Origin: an uncultured Lachnospiraceae bacterium
Lineage (GTDB): Bacteria > Bacillota > Clostridia > Lachnospirales > Lachnospiraceae
Direction of reading: 5' to 3'
NCBI GenBank assembly: GCA_902795705.1
Contig: CADBMH010000317.1
Span: 1 to 52,105 of the forward strand
DNA: 52,105 bases
Shown here: piece after piece, positions 34,311 to 45,616 of the stretch
Layout: every line of letters begins with the position of its first letter
Position numbering within the stretch: the stretch's first letter is position 1
Made by a program: the position numbers and the translations under genes
Notes under the pieces: model-generated
Seen by the model: only the letters and a program-made list of their open reading frames with translations
Told to the model about the DNA's origin: nothing
Database searches by the model: none

Positions 34311-35030
34311 CTAAATTTCTATTACGATCACCGATATATTATCCTCGCCGCCGTTTTGATTTGCCTTGTCTACCAGTGCATTTGCCGCTTTCTTTACGCT
34401 TTCACTATGGCGCAGGATATATTCTATTTCTTCATTATCCACCATATTCGATAATCCGTCACTGCAGAGTAAAATCTTATCTCCACTCTCCAACTGCTTT
34501 TCAAAATAATCAGCACTCACTTCATCATCCGTACCTAATGCCCTGGTGATGATATTTTTCTGTGGGTGCATTCTCGCTTCACTTTCCGTCAATTTTCCAT
34601 TCCTTACCAATTCGCTGACTAACGAATGGTCTTCTGTAATCTGTTCTAAATGCTTACGCAAAAGATACAATCTCGAATCACCGATATTAGCAACATACAT
34701 CACATGATCCGCAATTGTGCAGGAAACAAATGTCGTTCCCATCCCTTCGTATTCAAAATTATCCATCGCCTCTTCATATACTGCCAGATTCGCAGCCTCT
34801 ATCGCCTCCGCATAGATACTGACCGGAGTCATATGTACCGAGTGTTCAATAGACGACACTACCGTTTCTACGCAAAGAGACGAAGCATGATCTCCTGCCT
34901 TGTGTCCGCCCATTCCGTCTGCGACAATAAAAAGATTCTGGAAACTACCGGTCGGATTCTCGCCACAATACAGAAAGTCCTGATTCATGCTTCTTTTTTT
35001 ACCGACATCCGTCCTCGCATATGCCTTCAT
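34311..35030 (-). CDS. stp: Stp1/PrpC PP2C phosphatase
   Basis: TDVGKKRSMNQD, ADGMGGH, GDSR, CSDGL, GEDN; start ATG 35030 behind GGAGG. Confidence 0.94.
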   Translation of the reverse strand: MKAYARTDVGKKRSMNQDFLYCGENPTGSFQNLFIVADGMGGHKAGDHASSLCVETVVSSIEHSVHMTPVSIYAEAIEAANLAVYEEAMDNFEYEGMGTTFVSCTIADHVMYVANIGDSRLYLLRKHLEQITEDHSLVSELVRNGKLTESEARMHPQKNIITRALGTDDEVSADYFEKQLESGDKILLCSDGLSNMVDNEEIEYILRHSESVKKAANALVDKANQNGGEDNISVIVIEI

Positions 35031-36078
35031 GTAGTTTCCCTCCTTCGCTTTTATTTCGTAATTGTCCACAGGCAGCATCAATATCTCTGCCCATTTCCCT
35101 TCTAATAGTAACATTTATGTGATTTTTTTCAAGTCTTAATTTAAAATCTCTGATTTTTTCCTGCCCGGAACGCTGTCCCAATCTGCCTTTTACAGGATTT
35201 AAAGGAATCAAATTGACATGGCAATTCATGTCACATAGTAGTCTTGACAACTCCTCCGCATCCTTCAGAGAATCATTCTTCCCCTCCACCATACTATATT
35301 CAAATGTAATCCTTCGATTGGTAACACCCAGATATTCTCTGCATGCCTCTATGATTTCTTCTATCGAATACCTGTTTGCAACCGGCATCATTTCCCGCCT
35401 CAGTTTGTCATTCGGCGCATGCAGGGAAATCGCAAGCGTGATTGCAAACTCCTCTCCCGCTAATCTTTTCATCTGAGGCACCAGTCCGCAGGTCGAAATC
35501 GTCACATTCCTCTGACTGATGTGCAGTCCATGTTCATCGGTCAGCATTTGGATAAACTTTACTACTGCATCATAATTATCAAGCGGTTCCCCGATCCCCA
35601 TCAGGATCACATTGGAAACACGCTCTCCTGTTTCCCTCGTAATTGTATAAATCTGATCCAACATTTCCGAGGTCTTTAAACTTCTGACCAGACCACCCAC
35701 CGTAGAAGCACAGAACCGGCATCCCATCCGGCATCCCACCTGTGTTGAAATACAGACGCTGTTTCCATGCTTATATTTCATAAGTACACTTTCCACATGA
35801 TTGCCGTCCGAAAGCAGCATCAGATACTTTTTTGTTCCATCCTTTGACACCTGTACTTTTTCAATCCTGCAGCCTTCCAAGCTGCAGTCTTCATCCAGTC
35901 TTTTTCGAAGCTCCTCAGGCAGATCCGTCATCTCATGGAACGACTCTGCAAGCCGTTCATGCAGCCACTTATAAATCTGTCTGCCGCGAAATGCTTTTTG
36001 TCCGATGCTTACTATATATTCCTGTATTTCTTTATAATCCAAACTTTTTATATTAATTTTTTCTTCTGCATCCTTCAT
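34999..36078 (-). CDS. rlmN: Dual-specificity RNA methyltransferase RlmN (radical SAM)
   Basis: CRMGCRFC, MGIGEP, DIDAACGQL. Confidence 0.96.
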   Translation of the reverse strand: MKDAEEKINIKSLDYKEIQEYIVSIGQKAFRGRQIYKWLHERLAESFHEMTDLPEELRKRLDEDCSLEGCRIEKVQVSKDGTKKYLMLLSDGNHVESVLMKYKHGNSVCISTQVGCRMGCRFCASTVGGLVRSLKTSEMLDQIYTITRETGERVSNVILMGIGEPLDNYDAVVKFIQMLTDEHGLHISQRNVTISTCGLVPQMKRLAGEEFAITLAISLHAPNDKLRREMMPVANRYSIEEIIEACREYLGVTNRRITFEYSMVEGKNDSLKDAEELSRLLCDMNCHVNLIPLNPVKGRLGQRSGQEKIRDFKLRLEKNHINVTIRREMGRDIDAACGQLRNKSEGGKLHEGICEDGCR

Positions 36079-36150
36079 CAATATCAATATCCTCCCCCGA
36101 CAGATCCTGGATTCATACCCAAAATCCAAAAAACGCTTCTCTGCCGCCTT

Positions 36151-37518
36151 TCAGGCTCCTTTCTCAAAAACTGCGACGAAAAAACCATCCGTTCCTGTTT
36201 CATTCGGCATAACCTGTATATAGCCGTCTTTTCCTGTTTTTCCCTGCAGGCATGCGGGGAGCTCCGCTTCCACAGGCACCGGAAGCAGGGATAATTCTCT
36301 CTCTATAAAGTGCCTGTTTTCTTCATTCTCTTCGTTTGTAAGCGTGCAGGTACTGTAGACAAGCCTCCCTCCCGGTTTAAGGTAACAGGCAGCGGTCTTT
36401 AAAATCTCCCTTTGCAGGGCTGCTAACACTCCTATCTCCTCTGCCTTCGTTTTATATTTGATATCACATTTTTTTCCGACTACTCCAAGCCCGGAACATG
36501 GAAGGTCAGCGATTACGACATCTGCTTTCTCTTTCCACTCCTTGCGGAACACTCTCGCATCATTGACGGTCGGAATGACCGAAGCCGCATGAAGCCTCTC
36601 TGCATTTTCACGTATCAGCGAAACCTTTTTCTCCGTAAGATCAGCAGAAATCACAGTTCCGCTATGATGCATCATGTCATCCAGATGCATCGACTTTCCA
36701 CCGGGCGCCGCACAGATATCGATCACAAAATCCCCCTCCTTTACCCCGGAGACCGCACCGGGAAGCATGGAGCTTTCATCCTGCACAGCAAAGCAGCCTT
36801 TTTTAAAGGACTCTAATTCTTCTAATCCACAAGGCAGTTCCAGATAATACGCATATGGAAAAAGCCTTCCCTTATAAAAGTGCACTCCGTCCTGCAAAAG
36901 AGACGCCTCAAACTGTTCCGCTGAAACATTCGACTGTTCTAACCGGACCGGTAACAGCTTTTCCTCTTTAAAAAACACCTTAAAAATTTCTTCGGTCGCA
37001 GCTTCGCCATATAATTTGACAAAATAGCGTACCAGCCACTCCGGTGTCGAATAATATACCGAAAGGTAGGTGAAAATCTCACTCCTCTCCGGATACGGAA
37101 GCTTCTCCTTCTGTCTCACAATGTTTCTAAGCACTCCGTTTACAAAACCCTTCAACCCATAAAGCTTTCTTTTCTCCGTCAGACGTACTGCTTCATTACA
37201 AGCCGCAAAATCTCCGATCTGATCCATATATAAAATCTGATACAGGGACAACCTGAGGATATTCCGGATCACCGGCTTCATCTTTTTAACTTTTACCTTA
37301 GAAAAACAGTTCAATATATAATCCAGTTCTATACACCGCTCCACTGTTCCTTCTACAAGCCTTGTAAAAAGCTTCCGGTCCCTGCTTTCAAAATGACATT
37401 CCTTTAAAGATTTATGAACCGCTTTATCACAAAATACACCCTCTTCCATGACTGCAAGCAGTGTATTCAAGGCTTCTCCCCTCACCGAAGCTTCCCTTTT
37501 TCGTTCCTCTGCATCCAT
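36151..37518 (-). CDS. rsmB: 16S rRNA m5C967 methyltransferase
   Basis: NusB-like N-terminus, VQDESS, CAAPGGKS, DLPCSG, YSTCT; TGATG overlap with fmt. Confidence 0.95.
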   Translation of the reverse strand: MDAEERKREASVRGEALNTLLAVMEEGVFCDKAVHKSLKECHFESRDRKLFTRLVEGTVERCIELDYILNCFSKVKVKKMKPVIRNILRLSLYQILYMDQIGDFAACNEAVRLTEKRKLYGLKGFVNGVLRNIVRQKEKLPYPERSEIFTYLSVYYSTPEWLVRYFVKLYGEAATEEIFKVFFKEEKLLPVRLEQSNVSAEQFEASLLQDGVHFYKGRLFPYAYYLELPCGLEELESFKKGCFAVQDESSMLPGAVSGVKEGDFVIDICAAPGGKSMHLDDMMHHSGTVISADLTEKKVSLIRENAERLHAASVIPTVNDARVFRKEWKEKADVVIADLPCSGLGVVGKKCDIKYKTKAEEIGVLAALQREILKTAACYLKPGGRLVYSTCTLTNEENEENRHFIERELSLLPVPVEAELPACLQGKTGKDGYIQVMPNETGTDGFFVAVFEKGA

Positions 37519-38477
37519 CACTCCTGATCCTTTCCAAGAACGGTATCCTCCGTAAGCATACATCCCCTTAAAAAGGCCTCTGCAGCCATTCTCTTCTTTC
37601 CTTCCAGCTGAACATCCAAAACCTTTAGTGCCCCTGCCCCGGCGCGAATCAGAAAATAATCCTTTTTCACCGAAAGAATCGTCCCCGGTGCTTTCTTAAC
37701 CTCTTCCTCAGATAAGCTTTCCTCCGAAACCACGGCTGCCTCCCAGATCTTCAACATTTTTCCATTCAAATATGTGTAGGCACTCGGCCATGGATTTAAC
37801 CCCCGGATCAGACGTTCCAAAGCCAGAGCCGACTTTGTAAAATCCATTTCACCGGTTGATTTTTTCAACATTTTTGCATAGGTATGCTCCTCTTCCTTCT
37901 GCGGTACCGGATGCAGCGTTCCCTGCTCCATCTGGTCTAAAACCTCTAATACAAGAGAACCTCCCATCTTCGAAAGTGTTTCAAATAAACTTCCTCCGGT
38001 TTCCTTTTCCTTCAATTCATATCTTTTTGACAACAGAATATCTCCGGTATCTAAGCCTTCATTCATCTGCATGATCGTAATGCCGCTCTCCCTGTCTCCA
38101 TCAATCACCGACCACTGGATCGGTGCTGCACCTCTGAGTTTCGGAAGCAGGGACGCATGCACATTAATACAGCCATATTCCGGCAGTTCAAGCACTTCCT
38201 TTGACAAAATCTGTCCAAATGCAGCAACTACGATCACATCCGGATACATCTGCCTAAGCTCAAATAAAAAGGCCTCATCACTGACTCTCCCCGGCTGGTA
38301 TACCGGAATCCTGTCCTCTAATGCTGCCTCCTTAACGGGAGAAAACTGCATCTTGCCGCCACGTCCCTTTGGCTTGTCCGGCTGTGTAACCACACCTAAT
38401 ACTTCATGCCTGCTTTCAATCAAGGTCTTTAATGTCGGAACTGCAAAATCCGGTGTTCCCATAAACAAAATCCGCAT
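37518..38477 (-). CDS. fmt: Methionyl-tRNA formyltransferase
   Basis: FMGTPDFA, NVHASLLP..RGAAPI. Confidence 0.97.
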   Translation of the reverse strand: MRILFMGTPDFAVPTLKTLIESRHEVLGVVTQPDKPKGRGGKMQFSPVKEAALEDRIPVYQPGRVSDEAFLFELRQMYPDVIVVAAFGQILSKEVLELPEYGCINVHASLLPKLRGAAPIQWSVIDGDRESGITIMQMNEGLDTGDILLSKRYELKEKETGGSLFETLSKMGGSLVLEVLDQMEQGTLHPVPQKEEEHTYAKMLKKSTGEMDFTKSALALERLIRGLNPWPSAYTYLNGKMLKIWEAAVVSEESLSEEEVKKAPGTILSVKKDYFLIRAGAGALKVLDVQLEGKKRMAAEAFLRGCMLTEDTVLGKDQE

Positions 38478-38501
38478 AGTCTCTCCCTCCTGTCCTGTCA
38501 G

Positions 38502-38981
38502 TTATTCATCCTCCTGGGCAGCAATCATTAACTCTCCCTCTACCTTATCCACATACAACTCACCGGAAAGATGATCCACCTCATGCTGCAGTGCTCTTGC
38601 CAAAAGCCCCTCACCCTCAACAATGATTTCCTCCATATCTTCATTCAGTGCCTTTACCTTTGCATAATTTGCGCGCTTTACTACGCCCACCTTATTCGGA
38701 ACACTCAAACAGCCTTCGTTGCCTTCCTGCTCACCGGAAAGCTCTATAATCTCAGGATTAATTAAAACGATCGGATCATTTCCCTCCTCCGTCACATCAA
38801 TCACTACAATCTGCTTTAAGACTCCTACCTGCGGTGCAGCAAGTCCTACTCCCTGTGCCTCGTACATCGTATCGAGCATATCTCCGATCAGTTCACGAAG
38901 CCTCGGCTTCATTTCCTTTACCTCACGACATTTTTTCGTCAGGATCTCGTCTCCGATCAGCCGAATCTGTCTCAGTGCCAT
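38502..38981 (-). CDS. def: Peptide deformylase
   Basis: GVGLAAPQ, EGCLS, QHEVDHL. Confidence 0.97.
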   Translation of the reverse strand: MALRQIRLIGDEILTKKCREVKEMKPRLRELIGDMLDTMYEAQGVGLAAPQVGVLKQIVVIDVTEEGNDPIVLINPEIIELSGEQEGNEGCLSVPNKVGVVKRANYAKVKALNEDMEEIIVEGEGLLARALQHEVDHLSGELYVDKVEGELMIAAQEDE

Positions 38982-38997
38982 AATGGTTTCTACCTCC

Positions 38998-41232
38998 TTA
39001 ATTAAACGTAAAGATCAATCTGCAATCCTTATATTCCAAATGTTCATTCAGAAAAGCTTCCAAAATATCCTTCTGCCTGCACAGCATCTTATAATCCGGA
39101 GATTTTAAATAAATCACCCGCCTGTACTGGTTTCTAAGCTTTGCCACCTGTGCATCAACAGGTCCCAGTCTTCTGATTTTATCTGATGCCTCGATCTGCT
39201 CTGCCAATATATTGGACAGTCTCTCTGCCTGCTCTTTTTTTTCTGAGCACACTAATATTTCTAGTATATTGGAAATCGGCGGATATTGCAAGATTTGTCT
39301 CATAGCAATTTCCTGTCTGTAAAATCCTTCATAATCTCCACGAGCTGCAGTTGTAACACTATAATGCTCCGGCTGATAGGTCTGCAATACCACCTCGCCG
39401 GGTTTTTCTCCTCTTCCGGCTCTGCCCGCCGCCTGCACCAAAAGCTCAAACGTACGCTCTGCAGACCGGTAATCATTACTATATAAAGAAAGATCTGCAG
39501 CCAGCACCCCTACCAGCGTAACCTCCGGAAAATCATGCCCCTTCACGATCATCTGTGTTCCGATCAAAATATCTGCCTGATGTGTGGAAAATTTTTTCAA
39601 TATTTTTTTATGCCCCTCCTTTCCGGAGGTCGTATCTGCATCCATCCTAAGCACCCTCGCTTCCGGAAAACGCTTCACCACCATATCTTCCACCTGCTGT
39701 GTTCCTAACCCAAAGGTTCCGATATATTTTGATCCGCAGCTCGGACATGCTTTCGGCATCTGCTTTTCCGCACCACAATAATGACATTTTAGTAAAGTCA
39801 CTTTCCCCTGATACTCATGCGGCTTCATTGATACAGAGCAGTTCTCACACTCAATTGCCTCCCCGCAGCTTCTGCAGGAAACAAATCCGGCATAGCCTCT
39901 CCGGTTGATAAAAAGCATGATCTGTTCTTTTTTATGCAGACGGTCTTCTATCTTCTCCTGCAGAAGATGACTGAAAATCGTATAATTTTTCCGCTTAAAT
40001 TCCTCTCTCATATCCACGATGGAAATCTGAGGAAATACCGCGTGACTCACGCGATTTTTCATCGTAAACAGGGTACATTCCCCATTCATGCACCTCAGGT
40101 AAATCTCCAGAGACGGAGTTGCCGAACCAAAAACCACGCTTGCGCCAAGCATTTCTGCACGTTTTATCGCCACCTCCCTCGCATGGAACTTCGGCGGATT
40201 ATCACTTGCATAGCTTGTCTCATGCTCCTCATCCATTACAATAAGTCCCAGATTTTGAAACGGTGTAAAAAGAGCGGAACGGGGACCGATCATAATCTTG
40301 ATTTCTCCGTTTTTTGCCCGAAGAAACTGATCGTATCTCTCTCCACCGGAAAGTCTCGAATGGATGACGGAAACCTCCTCTCCAAACCTCTGATAAAACC
40401 GTTTTACCGTCTGAAAGGTGAGCGCAATTTCCGGAATCAGGACGATCGCCTGTCTGCCTGTTTTTACCACCTGCTCGATCATCCTCATATAGACCTCTGT
40501 TTTTCCGCTCCCGGTCACCCCGTGGATCAGATAGTTTTTTCGAACTCCGACAGAGAAATCCTCACCAAATGCTGTCACGATTTCTTCCTGTTCTCTGTTT
40601 AATACAGGCAGAAGCTCCTCTGCATATTCGTTCGAAATAGGATTACGGTACTGCCTTTTTTCTGATATTTTAAGAATTCCTGTTTTCTCCAGTCCCTGAA
40701 CTGCAGCAGAAGTGACATCTGCAGCCTTTAACAGGCCTGAATAGGAAACTCCCCCGGAAACCTCCTGATCTTCCTTTAAAAGTTCTTTCATTATACGGAC
40801 TCTTGCCGCGTATTTTTTACCCGCAAATTCCTCTAGTAACGTCTCCATTTCTTCCCTGCTCTTAAGCGGATAGACCCTGCGGTCAAGCTTTTCCTTCACC
40901 TCTTTTCTCACAGGAATCACGGTTTTGATACAGTCATTCATCGTAGAGCCGTAATTTTCTTTTAACCAATAGGCAAGGGAAAGCAGGTGTGATTCCACCG
41001 TCACTCCCTGCTTTTCTACCCGCTCTATGCTTTTTGTCTTATCAATATCATATTTGGATTCCTCAGATAGTCCGATGATAAACCCCTGAATCAAACGGTT
41101 TCCCCTGCCGAACGGAATCACGACCTGGGCACCGACAACCGCCTCCTTCTCCCAATCCTTAGGAACCTTATACTGAAATGGTCTGTCTAGGCTTTTCACC
41201 GAAATATCCACGATTACATCTGCAAAAATCAT
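38998..41232 (-). CDS. priA: Primosomal protein N'
   Basis: GVTGSGKT, DEEH, CxxC Zn motifs, QAAGRAGR. Confidence 0.97.
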   Translation of the reverse strand: MIFADVIVDISVKSLDRPFQYKVPKDWEKEAVVGAQVVIPFGRGNRLIQGFIIGLSEESKYDIDKTKSIERVEKQGVTVESHLLSLAYWLKENYGSTMNDCIKTVIPVRKEVKEKLDRRVYPLKSREEMETLLEEFAGKKYAARVRIMKELLKEDQEVSGGVSYSGLLKAADVTSAAVQGLEKTGILKISEKRQYRNPISNEYAEELLPVLNREQEEIVTAFGEDFSVGVRKNYLIHGVTGSGKTEVYMRMIEQVVKTGRQAIVLIPEIALTFQTVKRFYQRFGEEVSVIHSRLSGGERYDQFLRAKNGEIKIMIGPRSALFTPFQNLGLIVMDEEHETSYASDNPPKFHAREVAIKRAEMLGASVVFGSATPSLEIYLRCMNGECTLFTMKNRVSHAVFPQISIVDMREEFKRKNYTIFSHLLQEKIEDRLHKKEQIMLFINRRGYAGFVSCRSCGEAIECENCSVSMKPHEYQGKVTLLKCHYCGAEKQMPKACPSCGSKYIGTFGLGTQQVEDMVVKRFPEARVLRMDADTTSGKEGHKKILKKFSTHQADILIGTQMIVKGHDFPEVTLVGVLAADLSLYSNDYRSAERTFELLVQAAGRAGRGEKPGEVVLQTYQPEHYSVTTAARGDYEGFYRQEIAMRQILQYPPISNILEILVCSEKKEQAERLSNILAEQIEASDKIRRLGPVDAQVAKLRNQYRRVIYLKSPDYKMLCRQKDILEAFLNEHLEYKDCRLIFTFN

Positions 41233-41243
41233 ATTTATCCCTC

Positions 41244-42713
41244 TTATTTTAGAAAGTTACCGTCTTTTACCACATCCTCCACTAACTCTCTTTCATCCAT
41301 ATGAAACTTTTTCCCGTCGATTTCCTGATAGTCCTCATGCCCTTTTCCGGCGAGCACAATAACATCACCTTCCTTTGCATGCTCGATCGCATAGCGGATT
41401 GCATCTTTACGATCCGTGATCGTGATATAGTCTCCATCCGCTTTCTCTACTCCCGTCACAATATCAGCAATGATATCCTCCGGCTTTTCCTTTCTCGGAT
41501 TATCCGATGTCACGATTGTAAAATCTGCAAGCCTTGAAGAAACCTCTCCCATCTCAAAACGACGGTCTCTCGAGCGGTTTCCGCCGCAGCCGAACAGACA
41601 TACTAAACGCTTCGGCTGATATTCTTTTAAGGTAGAGAGCAGACTGTTCAAGCTCATCGCATTATGTGCGTAGTCGATCATCAGGGTAAATCTGGAAGAA
41701 ACCGGTAAAATCTCCACCCTTCCCTTGACCTTTACAGTCTTTAAAGCCTGTTTGATATTTTCGTCAGGCACTCCGAAATGACGACAGATTGCAATTGCCG
41801 TTAAAGAATTATATACACTGAATTTTCCGGGTATATCCACATCAATCTCCATATCCGCTTTTCCGGTCAGATGATAGCTTACTCCAAGCATTCCATCCTG
41901 ATTTTTCAACCGCACATCACCTGCTCTAAAATCTGCATTCTCCGCAAAACCAAATGTCTCAACCTCACAGGTATGTCCCTTTAACATCTCGCTCAGATGA
42001 CTGTCATCCGCATTAAAGATGCCCTGCTTACACTGCTGAAAAAGCAGGCTCTTACAATGAATATAATCAGCCAGATCCTTATGTTCATTTGGTCCGATAT
42101 GATCCGGCTCCAGATTGGTAAAAATTCCATAATCAAACATAAAACCGCTCACACGGTCTAACATCAGTCCCTGCGAGGAAACCTCCATGACCACACAGTC
42201 GCAGCCCGCATCTGCCATTTTGCGAAAGGTCTCCTGCACAACATAGGACTCCGGTGTCGTATTTGCAGATGGAATCCTCTCCTCACCGATAATCGTCTCA
42301 ATCGTCCCGATCAGTCCTGTTTTGTACCCGGAGCTTTCCAAAATCGAACGAACCATATAGGTCGCAGTCGTCTTTCCCTTCGTTCCGGTGATTCCGATCG
42401 TTTTTAAGCTTTTTGCCGGATGTCCGAAATACGCCGCAGACATAAATGCCAATGCTTTCCTTGTGTTTTCTACCCGGATCACACAGGTTCCGTCCGGTAC
42501 ATGGACCTCCTTTTCCACGATTACGGCTGCCGCACCATTCTCTGCCACCTCGCATGCAAAGTCATGTGCGTCCCGAACTGCTCCGGAAATACATACAAAG
42601 ACCGAACCGGTCTGCACCTTCCTAGAATCATATACCAACCCCGTGATCTCCCGGTCTGCATCTCCGCTCACGCACTCATATTCCAAATCCTCTAACAGCT
42701 CTGTTAATCTCAT
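41244..42713 (-). CDS. murE: UDP-MurNAc-L-Ala-D-Glu:meso-DAP ligase
   Basis: GTKGKTT, MEVSS, DYAH, DNPR (DAP-type), GKGHE. Confidence 0.95.
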   Translation of the reverse strand: MRLTELLEDLEYECVSGDADREITGLVYDSRKVQTGSVFVCISGAVRDAHDFACEVAENGAAAVIVEKEVHVPDGTCVIRVENTRKALAFMSAAYFGHPAKSLKTIGITGTKGKTTATYMVRSILESSGYKTGLIGTIETIIGEERIPSANTTPESYVVQETFRKMADAGCDCVVMEVSSQGLMLDRVSGFMFDYGIFTNLEPDHIGPNEHKDLADYIHCKSLLFQQCKQGIFNADDSHLSEMLKGHTCEVETFGFAENADFRAGDVRLKNQDGMLGVSYHLTGKADMEIDVDIPGKFSVYNSLTAIAICRHFGVPDENIKQALKTVKVKGRVEILPVSSRFTLMIDYAHNAMSLNSLLSTLKEYQPKRLVCLFGCGGNRSRDRRFEMGEVSSRLADFTIVTSDNPRKEKPEDIIADIVTGVEKADGDYITITDRKDAIRYAIEHAKEGDVIVLAGKGHEDYQEIDGKKFHMDERELVEDVVKDGNFLK

Positions 42714-42728
42714 CTTAATCCTCCCCTA

Positions 42729-43565
42729 TCACTTGATATCGATTTCCCCATGACAGATTTCCTCGGCAGGTCCCGTCATCCAAACTACGCCTTCCTCCTC
42801 ATCATAATGAAGAAGGAGATCTCCGCCCAGTAAATGCACCGTGATCTCATGCTCCGTCTTGCCGGCTAATACACAGGCAACAACGGTTGCACAGGTTCCG
42901 GTTCCACATGCAAGCGTCTCTCCGGAGCCACGCTCCCAGACACGCATATTGACCTCCTTCCGGTTTAACACCTGAACAAATTCCGTATTTACCCGATCCG
43001 GAAAGGCTTCATGGTGTTCAAACTTTGGTCCGATTTTTTCAAGCGGCAGATTCTCCGTATCATCTACAAATACAACAGCGTGCGGATTTCCCATCGAAAC
43101 CGCTGTGATCCGGTAGTCCTTACCGTCCACCCGGATTGGTTCACTGATACATTTATCCCGCCCTAATTTGACCGGAATTTTTTCCGGTTCTAAAATCGGT
43201 GCTCCCATATTGACCTTCACCATGGAAACCTTTCCATCCTCCACGGTCAGCGTCAGATATTTGATCCCGCCCTTTGTTTCAATGGAAATATCTGTTTTAT
43301 CTGTCATTCCATGATCATACACATATTTGGCTATGCACCGCACACCATTTCCGCACATCTTCCCCTCAGAACCATCTGCGTTATACATTTCCATACGAAA
43401 ATCAGCGGTCTCAGACGGACAGATGAGGATCATACCGTCTGAACCGATCCCAAAGTGCCTGTCACTGACATACACTGCCGTTCTGGCTGGATTTTCTACT
43501 GACTCCTCAAAGCAGTTGACATAAATATAATCATTTCCACAACCATGCATTTTAGTAAATTTCAT
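42729..43565 (-). CDS. dapF: Diaminopimelate epimerase
   Basis: KMHGCGND, MCGNG, GNPH, ERGSGETLACGTG. Confidence 0.97.
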   Translation of the reverse strand: MKFTKMHGCGNDYIYVNCFEESVENPARTAVYVSDRHFGIGSDGMILICPSETADFRMEMYNADGSEGKMCGNGVRCIAKYVYDHGMTDKTDISIETKGGIKYLTLTVEDGKVSMVKVNMGAPILEPEKIPVKLGRDKCISEPIRVDGKDYRITAVSMGNPHAVVFVDDTENLPLEKIGPKFEHHEAFPDRVNTEFVQVLNRKEVNMRVWERGSGETLACGTGTCATVVACVLAGKTEHEITVHLLGGDLLLHYDEEEGVVWMTGPAEEICHGEIDIK

Positions 43566-43615
43566 TTCTAACCTCCATTCATCTGTTTTTTTATTCTATT
43601 CCGGATTTTTCCTGT

Positions 43616-44626
43616 TCATTCTTCTTTTGAGATTCCAAAGTGTCTGTATGCCTCGTCTGATACCATACGTCCTCTCGGTGTTCTGTTGATCAGACCGCTC
43701 TGCACCAGATAAGGTTCACAGACCTCTTCCAAGGTGTCCGGTTCTTCTCCGATCGACCTTGCAAGTGCTTCTATACCGACCGGTCCTCCGCCAAACTGAT
43801 AAATCATAGTCCTTAACACCTTTTGATCAGTCTTATCCAGTCCCAGCTTATCAATCTCCAGGGAATTTAATGCCACACTGGCAACCTCTTTTGTAATCCT
43901 TCCGTCATATTGAACCTGTGCAAAATCCCTGACTCGCTTTAAAAAACGATTCGCCAGTCTCGGTGTCCCTCTCGACCTTCTGGCAAGTTCCATTGCACCT
44001 TCCTTTTCAATCTCAACACTTAACTTTTTTGCAGAATGGGTAATAATCTCACAAAGCTCCTCCGGTGTGTAAAACTCCAGTCTGCTCACCACACCGAAAC
44101 GATCCCTTAGAGGCGCGGAAAGCATACCGGCTCTCGTCGTCGCCCCTACCAATGTAAATTTCGGCAGATCAAAGCGGATAGAACGAGCCGAAACCCCCTT
44201 CCCTATGACGACATCGATCACAAAATCCTCCAGCGCCGAATACAGTACCTCCTCTACCTGCTTCGGAAGTCTGTGTATCTCATCAACAAACAGGACATCG
44301 CCGTTTTTCAGATTATTTAAAATCGCCGCGATTTCTCCCGGCTTTTCAATCGCAGGTCCTGCCGTCACCTTGAAATCCGTTCCCATTTCATTTGCAATGA
44401 TTCCCGCAAGCGTAGTCTTTCCGAGTCCCGGTGGTCCGTAAAGAAGAACATGGTCTAAAGACTCTTCCCTCTTTTTCGCTGCCTCGATATATATTTTTAA
44501 ATTTTCCTTTACCTTTTTCTGTCCGATATATTCTTTTAAATACTGCGGTCTTAAACTGGTCTCGACCGGCTCATCCTCCGTAGTAAACTCCGTCGTGATC
44601 ACTCGTTTTGCCGTTCCTATGCTCAT
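43616..44626 (-). CDS. ruvB: Holliday junction branch migration helicase RuvB
   Basis: [27 protein letters not shown]. Confidence 0.97.
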   Translation of the reverse strand: MSIGTAKRVITTEFTTEDEPVETSLRPQYLKEYIGQKKVKENLKIYIEAAKKREESLDHVLLYGPPGLGKTTLAGIIANEMGTDFKVTAGPAIEKPGEIAAILNNLKNGDVLFVDEIHRLPKQVEEVLYSALEDFVIDVVIGKGVSARSIRFDLPKFTLVGATTRAGMLSAPLRDRFGVVSRLEFYTPEELCEIITHSAKKLSVEIEKEGAMELARRSRGTPRLANRFLKRVRDFAQVQYDGRITKEVASVALNSLEIDKLGLDKTDQKVLRTMIYQFGGGPVGIEALARSIGEEPDTLEEVCEPYLVQSGLINRTPRGRMVSDEAYRHFGISKEE

Positions 44627-44669
44627 ACTGCGAGCTCCTTTCTGTATGCAAATTCTATCTGCCTTGATT

Positions 44670-45266
44670 TTATATATTCCGCAGACTCTGCTTCAAAAGC
44701 TCCTCTACCGTCATCTCCGCAGAAACCTCCACTGCTCCCACCGCTTCTGTCGCTTCTGCCTTCGAATAACCAAGTACCTCTAATGCCTCTACCGCATCTG
44801 CGATATTCTGCGCAAGCTCATCTGAAACCTCAGACTTCTTCCCTTTTCCAAGTGAAACCTTCTTTATGTCAATCTTATCCTTTAGCTCTAAAATCACCTT
44901 ACTAGCCGTTTTCGGACCAATTCCCGGAGTTTTTGCAATTGCCTTCGCATCATCTGTTACAACAGCATATCGAAACTCATCCGCACTCATTGTACTCATG
45001 ATCGCCATGCCCGCCTTCGGCCCGATTCCATTGACCGTGATCAAAAGCTTATACATCATCAGATCTGCCCGGTTCAAAAATCCAAATAACTGAATCGCAT
45101 CCTCCCTGACTGAAAAATAAGTGTATAGCTTTACCTCTTCTCCAATCTCCGGCAGCTTTTCTAAAACGGAGGATGGCACGAATATTGCATACCCGATTCC
45201 ACCGTTTTCAATAACAACCTCTGTTTCTCCAATCTCCTCTAATCTTCCACTGACAAAACGAACCAT
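44670..45266 (-). CDS. ruvA: Holliday junction branch migration protein RuvA
   Basis: [16 protein letters not shown] (twice), ALEVLGY. Confidence 0.96.
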   Translation of the reverse strand: MVRFVSGRLEEIGETEVVIENGGIGYAIFVPSSVLEKLPEIGEEVKLYTYFSVREDAIQLFGFLNRADLMMYKLLITVNGIGPKAGMAIMSTMSADEFRYAVVTDDAKAIAKTPGIGPKTASKVILELKDKIDIKKVSLGKGKKSEVSDELAQNIADAVEALEVLGYSKAEATEAVGAVEVSAEMTVEELLKQSLRNI

Positions 45267-45309
45267 TTTGACTTTATCCTTTCCTTCTTACTTTTATATA
45301 TTTGACACA

Positions 45310-45570
45310 TCAACTATCGTCCGGTAACGGGCTGAAGGTTCCGTTTACTTTCCCTAACCATCCCTCATCCATAAACTTTAAAATCTCATACGGGTGAATC
45401 CCCAACTCCTCTGATATCTGGAGCGCATTGCTGTTCGGATAGAGCTTTAAATATTTTACAATATCATCTAACTGATCCTCATCCTTTTCCCTGCACTCCC
45501 TACAGCACAGCGTCCGGATCTTCGACTTAAACACCTTATGACAATGCTTGCATACATTCGTATAGATCAT
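45310..45570 (-). CDS. Small Zn-finger + HTH protein, YvyF-like
   Basis: CKHC..CREC followed by YLKLYP..ISEELGI..FMDEGWL, the pattern of the YvyF family. Confidence 0.7.
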   Translation of the reverse strand: MIYTNVCKHCHKVFKSKIRTLCCRECREKDEDQLDDIVKYLKLYPNSNALQISEELGIHPYEILKFMDEGWLGKVNGTFSPLPDDS

Positions 45571-45616
45571 CTTTTACACCCCCTGTCTTATCTGCCGAAA
45601 ATTCCTCCGAAACCAT

